DNA of 64,000 nucleotides, taken from assembly GCF_009914755.1 (NCBI RefSeq), contig NC_060947.1. The stretch is one strand, 5' to 3'. Numbering within the stretch: the stretch's first letter is position 1; every line of letters begins with the position of its first letter. The position numbers were made by a program, and so were the translations under genes. This document shows, in pieces, positions 45,180-56,645 of the stretch. Under the pieces are notes generated by a model. That model had not been told where the DNA came from. It saw only the letters and a list, made by a program, of their open reading frames with translations, and did no database searches. The stretch comes from the human T2T-CHM13v2.0 reference genome, Homo sapiens.

Positions 45180-45485
45180 AAACAAACATTTATTTCTCCC
45201 AGTTCTGGAGGCTGAGAAGTCCAGGATCAAGGTGCTGGCAGATTTGATGTCTAGTGAGGGCCTACTTCCTCACAGACAGTACCTTCTCACTGTGTCATCA
45301 CATGGTGAAAGGGGCTAGCTAGCTCTGTGAGATCTCTTTTATAAGGCCACTAAGACCAAACACAAAGGTTCCACCTTCATTACCTAATCACCTCCCAAAG
45401 GCCCCACTTTCTAATACCATGACCTGGGGTGTTTAGGATATCGACATATAAATTTTGAGGGGATACATACATTCAGGCCATCACA
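45180..45485 (-). mobile_element. MSTD/MLT1A-like LTR, truncated
   Basis: atttatttctcccagttctggaggctgagaagtccaggatcaaggtgctggcagattt...acattcaggccatcaca. Confidence 0.8.
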
Positions 45486-46064
45486 GATACAGTATCCTGT
45501 AAATATGAATTTGATTACCTTGGTTGATAGTGTTATTCAAATAATGTATACCATAACTGACTTTTTGTCTAGCTGTTCTAGTAATTATTGAGAGAGGAGT
45601 GTTAAAGTCTCCAACTACAATTGTCAATTTGTCTATTTATTCCTATAGTTCTATCAGTTTTTCTTCATATATTTTGAAGTTCTGCTATTAAATGCATATA
45701 CACTTAAGAATTTTATGCCTTTTTGATATATTGACAGTTTTATCAACATGAACTATATCTTTTTTTCTTTAGTGATATTTGTGTCCTGAGGACTACTTTT
45801 TCTGATATTTTCATATCTACTAAAACTTTGTTATGAATGGGGCTTGCATAGTATGGTAATTTACATTTTTTACTATAATCTTATCTTTGTCCTCAGGCTA
45901 TTTATTATTTTCTGAAGCTCTGAGTTTCTAGCTGGTACTATTCCTTTCTTGTAGTTTCTTATAGTTCAGGTCAACTTTATTTATTTGAAAATGTCTTTTA
46001 ATTTACCTTTATTTTTGGAGGATATTTTCACTGGATATCAAATTCAAGATCAATAGTATTTATT

Positions 46065-46146
46065 TTCCCAAATGTTTAAATATGTCAGTTCATTTTCTTC
46101 TGTCTTCCCAAATGTTTAAATATGTCAGTTCATTTTCTTCTGTCTT
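46065..46146 (+). repeat. Perfect 40-bp tandem duplication
   Basis: ttcccaaatgtttaaatatgtcagttcattttcttctgtc occurs at 46065-46104 and 46105-46144. Confidence 0.95.
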
Positions 46147-47559
46147 GTATCGTTTCTGATGAAAAAAATCAACATTCTTATTATTGTTCTTTATGTAGTA
46201 TATCTTCTTTCTTTATATTTGATTTCAAGTAATTGTATTATGATGTCCATAGGTGTGGTTTTCTTTGTGCTTACCTTGCTTGAACACCTAGGATCTGTGG
46301 ATTTATATTTTTCATAAATTTTGAAAATTTTGCCCACTATTTTTTCAAACACTTTTTCTGTCCCAATCCTTCTCCTCTTATTCTGAGAAACCCATTATTT
46401 GTGTATTTGACTACATGATAGTATCACTCAGGTCACTGAAAATGTTTATTTTATTTTTTCAGCCTTTATTTCTTTCTGAGATTTCATTTGTAAGTTTTGT
46501 TGCCTTGTCTTCAAGTATATTGGTCTTTTCTTTGTTAGTGTTTAATCTGCTGTTAACCACATCTATTGTTTTTTTATTTCAGTTTTGTACTTTTCATTGA
46601 TCAGATTTCCATTCGGTTCTGTTTTGAAAGATTGCTTTTTCCTACTGAAATTTCTCCATCTTATATATGTCCTTTTCTTTAAATCCTTGAATTTATTTAT
46701 AATAGCTCTTTTAAACTATTTTTTGCAAATTCTAACATCTATCTCATTTCTAGGTGATTTCTATTGATTGATTTTTTTCATCATTTTGGGTCACATTTTC
46801 ATGTTTCCTCAAATGCCTGGTATTTTTTAAATTACGCATTAGACACTGTCAATGCTATAGTCTTAAATTTCTTTTGTTATAGTCCTTTAGGGCATATTGA
46901 ATTTTTGTTTTGGCAGGTCATTAGTTGTGCATCAGCTGATTTCTTGTTCTAGAGTTGAAATAGCCTTGTACCTTAGATGTGATTTTTTTTCAAGTCTCAT
47001 CAGAATGTTAATGTAATTCAGTAATGTCTCTTCTATCTGGTTGGTTATAACTTTAATGACTGCTAATACTTCACAAACTCGAATCTCTATTCAGTTCATG
47101 GATCCTCAATAGTTGTTTTCCACTTTGTATATATATATATGTAGTCTAGTATTCATCTAAATATTTATTGTGTCCCTTCTGTAAATTTCTGGAGCCTCTT
47201 CATTGTTTAGTTTCCTCTTGTCTGTTATTCTGCCTCAAAAATTCCAGCCACCTACTCAGTACCTAACTCTAAACTCTATTTCTTCAGCTCAGCAAGACTG
47301 CCATGCTCTGGGCTCCACCTCCCTGTGACGCAACCTGGAAAGTGCCTCTTGGTAGAAAGCTAGGGAAATAATTAGCCTCACCTCCTGTTTTTCTCTTCTG
47401 TCACTAACTGTTACCTGTGCTGCCTATTTAGCAATAGCTGGAAACTATTGTTTCATGTATTTTTTTCAAGTTTTATAGTTATTTACAGTAGAAGGGAAAG
47501 TCTAGCACTAAGTAGTCCATCATGGCTAGAATTGGAATTACAGTCCCACCAAGTTTTCT

Positions 47560-48435
47560 AATCTGAGCAATGTCAAACCTAAAGAAAAGTTGAAAGAAGA
47601 GCATGCATACACTTAACTTAAATTTACCAATTATCATCTTGCCAAATTTACTTCATCTATTTTTAATATATACTTATTATCTATTATTTTGCTGAACCAT
47701 CTGAAAAAGTTTTAGATAGCATGAAACTTCATCTGTAAACATTTCAGTATGTGTCTCTTGAGAACAAGGAAGTTATCTTAAATAACTACAATACCAGTAT
47801 CACATCCAAGAAATTTAACATTGTTCAAAAAATATTATCTAATAGTATATATTCAAGCTCCCCCAGCTGTTCTTCTAAAGTCCTGTAGAGCTTTATTTTT
47901 AAACCTAGGATCTATTCAAGAATCACTTACTGTGTTTGAAAGTTATATCTTTTTAGCTTCCTTTGATATGAAATAGCCCTCCTTGCCTTTTTATCTTTTA
48001 TAAAATTGACATTCTTAAAGAGTTCGGGTCATGTATGTCAGATTGTATCCTCATGAATAGATTCAAGTTAAACATTTTTGGCAAAAAAAAAATTCACAGA
48101 GTTCCGTATACTTTCCATTTGTATATTATGAACAGCATATATTCTCAGTTCATTTCTTTCCAAGTCATGCTAAGTCTGATCATTTGTTTAATGTTGTTCA
48201 TGCCAGAGTTTTTCAGTGTAAGGTATATTTTCCTCTTTCTAATCAATATGCAATCTGTGGGGCAATGCTTTAAGACCATGTGATTGTCCTGTTCAACATT
48301 CTTTCACCGAATTGTTTTAGATCCACTGATAATTCTTACCTGAATCAGTTATTACATTAGGAGTTACAAAATGGTGATTTTCCTAATTCCATAATTTCTT
48401 CTACATTTATTATTTAAAATTGTTTTGTAATGAAG
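47560..48435 (-). mobile_element. L1MC4/5-like 3' fragment
   Basis: tttgctgaaccatctgaaaaagtt; aacaaggaagttatcttaaataactacaatacc; gagttacaaaatggtgattttcctaattcc. Confidence 0.65.
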
Positions 48436-48589
48436 ACTCTCACATTAGCTTTATCTTAGAAACATTTTTGAAACCTAACTAAATGATAAACTCAGGAAAA
48501 AAATCCTTAGTATGTATTTTATTAGTGTCACTGATCCAGCATGACTGCTACCACTTTAGGGATTTAAACTGAGTTCCCCAGTCAGGCAC

Positions 48590-48960
48590 ATTACTTTATA
48601 AAAGTGATATAGAATGTTACTCCATCGAGAAAGTTCCCTCATGTCCTTTCCCAACCCATTCAATCCCCATCCCCTAGGGACAACCACTGTTCTTGTTTTT
48701 CTTACCACAAATTAGTTTTTCCCATTGTAAAATTTCGCACAAATGGAATAATATAGAACATTATTTTTTGTGAAAGGCTTATTTCACTGATAAACATATG
48801 TTAAAGATTTATCCATGCTGCATGTATCAATAGTTTCTTATCATTGCTGAATTGTATTCCTTTGTATTTGCACACCAAAGTTTGTTCATTAAGTTTCCTA
48901 TTAATGGCTTTGCTCTTTCCAGGTTTTGCTATTATAAATAAAGCTTTTATAAGTTTTGTA
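48590..48960 (-). mobile_element. L1ME-like 3' fragment
   Basis: gaaagttcccctcatgtcctttccc...caaccactgttct...aaatggaataatatag. Confidence 0.6.
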
Positions 48961-48964
48961 TCAA

Positions 48965-49280
48965 CAGACTCTAGGGTGGTTCCCCTGTGGATCTCAACTC
49001 CTGGTATTCATGTTCTAGTATTACCAACTCACTTTGAATGTAGGGAATTCCTGTGACTTGATTCTAACCAACAGAATATAGAAAAGGTGATGGAATATGA
49101 CTTTCATAATTTTGTTATATAGATCCCTATCTTGCTAGTAGACTCTTTCTAGAGACTCTCTCCCTAGCTAGCTTGGAATAAGTAAGCAGCCATGTTGAGA
49201 AAACCACATGGCAAGGAGATAAAAGCAACCTCTGGCCAACACTAAGCCAGAAGCTGGGACCCTGAGCTCCACCACTACAA
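48965..49280 (+). mobile_element. MLT1 (G/H-like) LTR, truncated
   Basis: ctcctggtattcatg...ctgtgacttgattctaaccaacagaatat...cacatggcaagga. Confidence 0.7.
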
Positions 49281-49281
49281 G

Positions 49282-52200
49282 TGTATTGTTTAATTTTCAT
49301 GTGTTTGTTTAGTTTCCAAAATTCCTTGTTACTGGTTTGTAGTTTTATTTCATTGTAGCCAGAGAAGATGCTTTATTTTATTTCAATTTTTTAAATGTTT
49401 TCGGACTTGTTTTGTGACCTAACATATGTCCTGTCCTCGAAAATAATCTATGAACTAAGGAGAAGAATGTGCATTCTGCAGCAGTTGGATGAAATGTTCT
49501 CTAAATATCTATTAGTTCCGTTTGTTCTATTGTGCAGATTAAGTCTGATGTTTCTTTGTTGAGTTTTGTCTGAGACATCTGTCCAATGGTGAAACTATGA
49601 TGTTGAAATTTCCAGCTATAATTGTATTGGATTCTATCCCTCTCTTTAGGTCTAATAATATTTGCTTTATACATTTGGGTGCTCCAGTGTTGGGTTCATT
49701 TATCTTTACAATCATTAAATCTTCTTGCTGAATTGGCCCTTTTATCATTATATAAGAGACCTTTTTTGTCTCTTCTTACAGTTTTTGTCTTGAAATCTAT
49801 TTGGTCTAAGTATAGCTATTCCTGTTCTTTTTTGGTTTCCATTGGTATGGAATATCTTTTTCCATCCCTTTATTTTCAGTCTGTTTATCTTTATAAGTGA
49901 CATGTTTCTTGCAGGCAACAGATCATGGCATCTTGTTTTTTTATCCATTCAGCCACTCTATGTCTTTTGATTGAGGAGTTTAGTTTATTTACACTCAATG
50001 TTATTATTGATAAGTAGGGAGTTACTCCTGTCATTTTGTTGTTTTCTGGTTGTTTTGCAGTCTTCTCTTCCTTCTTTCCTTCCTTCCTTTTAGTAAAAGT
50101 GATTTTCTCTGGTGGTACGTTTTAGTTTGTTGCTTTTTGTTGTGTAGCCATTTTTTTTTTTTTTTTTTTTGACAAGGACTCACTTTGTCACCCAGGCTGG
50201 AGTTGCAGTGGTGAGATCACAGCTCACTACAGCCTTGACCTTCCAAGGCACAAGGCACAGGTGATCTTCTTGCCTTAGTCCCCTGAGTAGCTAGGACTAC
50301 AGTCATGTGCCAACATGCCAGGCTAATGTTTGCATTTTTAGTAGACATGGGGTTTTGCCATGTTGCCCAGGCTGGTCGTGAACTTCTGGGCTCAAGCGGT
50401 AAGCCCACCCTGGCCTCTGAAAGTGTTGGAATTACAGATGTGAGCCACTGTACCTGGCCATTTCAATTTGAGATTACCATGTGGCTTGCAAACACTGTGC
50501 TATAACCCACTGATTTAAGCTGATGATAGCTTAACACTGATAGCATAAAAATTACAAAAATATGCAATAAGAAAACTTATAAAAACTCTATACTTTGTCT
50601 TCTTGAGTTTTAACTTTCCATTGTTTCTCTTTATGTCTTATTGTACTATCTATGTCTTGAAAAGTTGTCATAGTTATTATTTTTGATTGGTTCATCATTT
50701 AGTCTTTCTACTTCTGAAAAGTAATTTACACACCACATTTATAGTGTTTTAGTATTCTGTGTTTTTCTGTGTGCTTATAATTACCAGTGAGTTTTGTACT
50801 TTTGATGATTTCTTATTGCTCATTAACATCCTTTTCTTTCAGATTGATGAAGTCCCTTTAGCATTTCCTGTAGGAGAGCTCTGCTGTTGATGATATTCCT
50901 CAGCTTTTGTTTTTCTGGTAAAATATGTATTTCTCCTTCCCGCTTAAAGAATATTTTCACCAGATATACTATTCTAGGATAAAGCTGTTTCCTTTCAGCA
51001 CTTAAAGTATGTCATGGCACTCTCTCCTGGCCTGTAAAGTTTCCACTGAAAAGTCTGCTACCAGAAGTACTGAAGTTCCACTGTACATTATTTGTTCCTT
51101 TTCTCTTGCTGTTTTTAGGATCTTTTCTTTATACTTGATCTTTGGGAGTTTGACTAAATGCCTTGAGGTAGTCTTCTTTGGGTTAAATTTTCTTGGTATT
51201 CTATAACCTTCTTGTACTTGAATGTTAATATCTTTCTTGAGGTTTGGGAAGTTCTCTGATATTATCCCTTTGAATAAACTTTCTATCCCTATCTCTTTCT
51301 CTACTTTCTCTTTAAGGCCAATGACTCTTAGATTTGCCCTTTTGAAGTTGTTTTCTAGGTCTTGTAGGCATCCTTCATTGTTTTTTATTCTTTTATCTTT
51401 CGTCTCCTCTGACTGTATATTTTCAAATAGCCTGTCTTAAAGTTCACTATTTTTTTCTTCTGCTTGATCAGTTCTGCTATTAAGAGACTCTGATGCATTC
51501 TTCAGTATGTCCATTGCATTTTTCAACTCTAGAATTTCTGCTTGATTATTTTTAATTATTTCAGTCTTTTTGTTAAATTTATCTGATAGAATTCTGAATT
51601 TCTTCTCTGTGTTCTCTTGAATTTCTTTGAGTTTCCTCAAACAGCTATTTTGATTTCCCTTTCTGAAATGTCATATATCTCTGTTTCTCCAGGACTAGTC
51701 CCTGGTGCCTTAGTTGGTTCATTTGGTGAGGTCATGTGTTTTTGGATAGTGTTGATGCTTGCTGATATCCTTCAATATCTGGGCATTAGGTATTTACTTT
51801 AATCTTCACAGTCTGGGCTTGTTTGTGCTTGTCCTTGTTGAGAAGGCTTTCCACGTATTTGAAGAGACTTTAGTCCCAAGCCTAATCATGCTGTAGTTTT
51901 TGCAGACTCGTAGAGGTACCACCTTGATGGTCTTGGAAAAGATCTGGAAGAATTCTCTCAATTATCAGGTAGAGTTTCTTCTTCTTTTCCCTTACATCAT
52001 GCCAAACAAATAGAGTCTCTCTTTCTCTCTCTCTCTCTCTCTGTGTTGAGCCATGTGGAACTGGGGGTGTGGTGATGCAAGCACCCCTGTGGCCACCACC
52101 ACTGGCACTGTGCTGGGTCAGACCTAAAGCCAGCACAGCATTGGACCTCGACCAAGGCCCTTCCCTTCATGGTGGCAAGTTTCCCCAAGCTCTGGTCATG

Positions 52201-52962
52201 TCCAGAGATGCTGTCTCAGAGCCTCAGATTGGAGTCATTAGCAATTTAGTTAATGTTCTATTTTACTGTGTCTGAGCTTGCCCTCAAACCATAGTGCAAA
52301 ATCCTTCCTGATCTTCCCACCCCTTTCCACAGGCAGAGGAGCCACCACCACATAAGTCAATGTTGGCTACCTGGACACTGCCAATGTTTGCTTAAAGCCC
52401 CAGGGCTCTTCCATCAGCTTGTGAATGCTGCCTGGCCAGAGACTCACCCTTCAGGGCAGTTGACTCCCCTTTTGTCAAGGGCTAGTCCAGAAATGCTGTC
52501 CAAGAGCTTAGACCTGGACTCGAGGACCCCAAGAGCCTACTTGTTGCTCTACCACACTGTGGCTGAGCTAGTATCTAGGGTACCAAAGTCCCCTTTACTT
52601 TTCCCTCTGCTTTTCTCAAACAGGAGTCTTTTATTATAGCCATCACAGCTGGGAATGTGCTATGTCTCCCCTGAAGCCGACCCATAGCCCAAGGCCCACA
52701 GCATACTCCCTAGGTATCACTAGTGGTTAGTTATTCAGGGCCCAAAGTTTCTTTAGTTAGCAGTTGATGAATGCTGCTAGGACTGGGTTCCTCCCTTCAA
52801 GGGACTAGGTTCCATTTTTGCCCAGAGTGCATCTTTTGCTCACCTGATTTTTGGTTCTTGTGATGATGCTTTTCTGTGTGGAGATAGTTATTAAAATTTG
52901 GTGTTCCAGGAGCAGGGAGATGAATGGCATAGGCTTCTATTCTGCCATCATGCTCCACCCCT
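49282..52962 (-). mobile_element. L1M1/L1MA-like 5' half (5'UTR, ORF1, ORF2 endonuclease region)
   Basis: EN remnants MIKGPIQQEDL...PNTGAPK and LKIKGWKKIFHTNGNQK; ORF1 remnant LKEIQENTEK...EILELKN; 5' tip ctattctgccatcatgctccaccc. Confidence 0.85.
50151..50459 (-). mobile_element. AluJ
   Basis: Diverged dimer with J-type features (gatcacagctcactacagccttgacc; gccatgttgcccaggctggtc). Confidence 0.9.
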
Positions 52963-53016
52963 CTATTAACCAATTTTTATTTTGGTTGTTAGTCTTTTTA
53001 TAATTAACTTGTAGGC

Positions 53017-53220
53017 GATATATATATATATCTAGATATATATCTAGATATATATCTAGATATATATATCTAGATATATATCTAGATATATATCTAGATA
53101 TATATCTAGATATATATATATATCTAGATATATATCTAGATATATATATATCTAGATATATATCTAGATATATATATATCTAGATATATATCTAGATATA
53201 TATATATCTATATATATATC
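53017..53220. repeat. Self-complementary microsatellite (TCTAGA-(TA)n)13
   Basis: 13 TCTAGA hexamers between 53031 and 53196, separated by (TA)3-6. Confidence 0.95.
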
Positions 53221-53836
53221 CTGAACACTAGTCTTTTGTGATTTGCAACCATGTTCTTCCAGTATTTGGCTTGCTTATTCATTTTCTCAATTGTATATTT
53301 TGTTGAGAATTTAACTTTTATTTTAAGTTCAGGGGAACATGTATAGGTTTGTTACACAGGTGAACACATGTCAGGGGGTTTGTTGTACAGATTATATAAT
53401 ACCCAAGTATTAAGCCCAGTACCCATAGTTATCTTTTCTGCTCCTCTCCATATTCTCACCCTCCTCCCTCAAGTAGACCCCAGTGTCTGCTGTTTTCTTC
53501 TTTGTGTTCATAAGGTCTTATCATTTAGCTCCCACTTATAAGTGAGGACATGCAGTATTTGATTTTCTGTACCTGAGCTTGTTTGCTAAGGATACAAGCC
53601 TCCAGCTCCATCCATGTCCCTGCAAAAGACATGGTCTCATTCTTTTTTTCATTCTTTTTTATGGCTACCTAGTATTCCGTGATGTATATGTACCACATTT
53701 TCTTTATCCAGTCTATCATCAATGGGCATTTAGGTTGATTCCATGTCTTTGTTATTGTGAATAGTACTGCAATGAAGATACACGTGCATGTGTCTTTATA
53801 ATAGAATGATTTATATTCCCGTGGTTATATATTCAG

Positions 53837-54202
53837 TGATATGGTTTGGCTGTGTCCCCACCCAAATCTTATCTTGAATTTTAGCTTCCATAATTCCCAC
53901 GTGTTGTGGGAGGGACCTGGGGAAAGATTATTGAATCATGGGGGCGGTTTCCACCATACTGTTCTCATGGTAGTGAATAAGTCTCATGAGATCTGATGGT
54001 TTTATAAGCAGAAGCCCCTTTTGCTTGGTTCTCATTCTCTCCCTTGCCTGTCACCAATGTAAGACATACCTTTTACCTTCCACCATGATTGTGAGGCCTC
54101 CACAGCCACGTGGAACTGTGAGTCCATTAAACCACTTTTTCTTCATAAGTTACCAAGTCTTGGGTATGTCTTTATCAACAGCATGAAAAATGGACTGATA
54201 CA
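53837..54202 (+). mobile_element. THE1B-like solo LTR
   Basis: tgatatggtttggctgtgtccccacccaaatc...gggtatgtctttatcaacagcatgaaaaatggactgataca; TSD ttcag/ctcag. Confidence 0.92.
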
Positions 54203-56274
54203 CTCAGTAATCGGGTTGCTGGGACAAAAGGTGTTTCTGCCTCTAGGTCTTTGAGGAATCACCACACTGTCTTCCACAATGGTTGAACCAATTTACACTT
54301 CCACCAACAGTGGAAGTGTAAGCATTCCTTTTTCTCCAAAACTTCATCAGCATCTGTTTTTTTTGACTTTTTAATAATAGCTATTCTGACTGGTGTGAGA
54401 TGGTATCTCACTGTGGTTTGATTTGCATTTCTCTAATTATCAGTGATGTTAAGATTTTCATTATATGATTGTTGGCTGCACGTACGTCTTCTTTGGAAAA
54501 AATGTCTGTTCATGTCCTTTGCCCACTTTGTTATGGGGTTGTTGGTTTTTTTCTTGTAAATTTGTTTAGGTTCCTTATAGATAATGGAGAGTAGACCTTA
54601 GTCAGATGCATAGTTTGCAAAATTTTTCTCCCATTCTGTAGGCTGACTGTTTACTCTGTTGCTAGTTTCTTTTTCTGTGCAGAAGCTCTTTAGTTTAATT
54701 AGGTCTCATTTGTCAATTTTTGCTTTTGTTTCAATTGCTTTTGGCATCTTCATCATGAAATCTTTGCTGTGCCTGTGTCCTGAATGGTATTGGCTAGGTT
54801 TTCTTCTAGGGTTTTTATAGTTCTGGGGTTTACATTTAAGTGTTTAATCCATCTTGAGTTAATTTTTATATATGGTGTAAGGAAGGGGTCCAGTTATAAT
54901 TTTCTGCATATGGCTAGCCAGTTATTCCAACACCATTTATTGAACAGGAAATCCTTTCCCCATTGTTGTTTTTGTAAAGTTTGTCAAAGTTCAGATAGTT
55001 GTAGGTATGTGGTTTTATTTCTGAGTTCTCTATTCTGTTCCACTGGTCAATGTGTTTGTTTTTCTACCAGTACCATGCTGTTTTGGTTACAGTAGCCCTG
55101 AAGTATAGTTTGAAGTCAGGTAGTGTGATGTTTCCAGCTTTCTTCCTTTTGCTTAGGATTGCCTTGGCTTTGTTTTGGCTCTTTTTTGGTTCCATATGAA
55201 TTTTAAAATAGTTTGTTCTAGTTCTGTGAAGAATGCCAGTGGTAGTTTAATAGGCACAGCATTGAATCTATAAATTGCTTTGGGCAGTATGGCCATTTTC
55301 ACGATATTAATACTTCTTATCCATGAGCATGAAATGTTTTTCCATTTTTTTGGTGTCATCTCTGATTTATTTGAGCAGTGGTTTGTAGTTCTCTTTGTAG
55401 AGATCTTTCACCTCCATAGTTAGCTGTATTCATAGGTATTTTATCATTTTTTGGCAATTGTGAAAGGGAGTTTGTTTCTGATGTGGCTCTTGGCTTGACT
55501 GTTGTTGGTGTATAGGAATACTTATGATTTTTTGCACATTGATTTTGTATCCTGAGACTTTGCTGAAGTCACTTATCAGCCTAAGAAGCTTTTGGGATGT
55601 GACTATAGGGTTTCCTAGATATAGGATCATGCCATCTGCAAACAGGGATAGTTTGATTTCCTCTCTTCTTATTTGCATTCCATTTCTTTCTTTCTTTCTC
55701 CTGCCTGATTGCCCTGGCCAGAACTTCCAATACTATCTTGAATAGGAGTGGTGAGAGAGGGCATACTTGTCTTGTGCTGGTTTTCAAGAGGAATACTTCC
55801 AGCTTTTCCCCCTTCAGTATAATGTTGGCTGTGGGTTTGTCATATATGTCTTTTATTATTTTGAGGTATATTTCTTCAATACCTAGTTTGAGAGTTTTTC
55901 AAGATAAGTAGGTGTTGAACTTTATCAAATGCCTTTTTTGCATCTATTGAGATAATCATGTGGTTTTTGCCTTTAGCTCTGTTTATATGATGAATCACAT
56001 GTATTGATTTGTGTATGTTAGATGAACCTTGTATCCTAGGGATAAAGCCTACTTGATTGTGGAGGATGGGGTTTTTGATGTGCTGCTGAATTTGGTTTGC
56101 CAGTGTTTTGTTGAGGATTTTTGCATTGATGTTCATCAAGGACATTGGCCTGAAGTTTTCCTTTTTTGCTGTATCTCTGCCAGGTTTCGGCATCAAGATG
56201 ATGCTGGCTTCATAGAATGAGTGAGTGAGGAGTCCCTCCTCCTCAATTTTTTTGGAATAGTTTCAGTATAAATG

Positions 56275-56645
56275 TGTATTAGTCTGTTTGCATGCTGCTA
56301 TAAAGTACTACCCAAGATTGGGTAATTTATAATGAAAGCAGTTTACTCACGGTTCCACATTGCTGGGGCAGCATCAGGAAACTTATGATTATGGCAGAAG
56401 GGGAAGCAAACATTTCCTTCTTCACATGATGGCAGGAAGGAGATAATAAGAGCCCAGTGAAGGGGGAAGACCCTTATAAAACCATTAGATATTGTGAGAA
56501 CCTACTCACTATCACGAGAATAGCATGGAGGAAACCACCCCCGTGATTCAACTACTTCCCACTGGGTCCTTCCAATGACATGTGGAGATTATGGGAACAA
56601 CAATTCAAGATGAGATTTGGGTGAGGACACAGTAAAACCATATCA
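56275..56645 (-). mobile_element. THE1C-like solo LTR
   Basis: tgtattagtctgtttgcatgctgct...caattcaagatgagatttgggtgaggacacagtaaaaccatatca; no matching TSD. Confidence 0.92.

Larger units (their letters stand above)
37845..47540 (-). mobile_element. Long fragmented old L1 (L1ME/MB-like), running 3' end to 5' end, host of several later insertions
   Basis: 3' end at ~37845 (tttattctgctgaaatctaatttacatagagtg); ORF2-like pieces at 38804-39166, 41430-43545 and 45490-45900; ORF1/5'UTR-like sequence to ~47540 (ccatcatggctagaattggaat). Confidence 0.75.
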
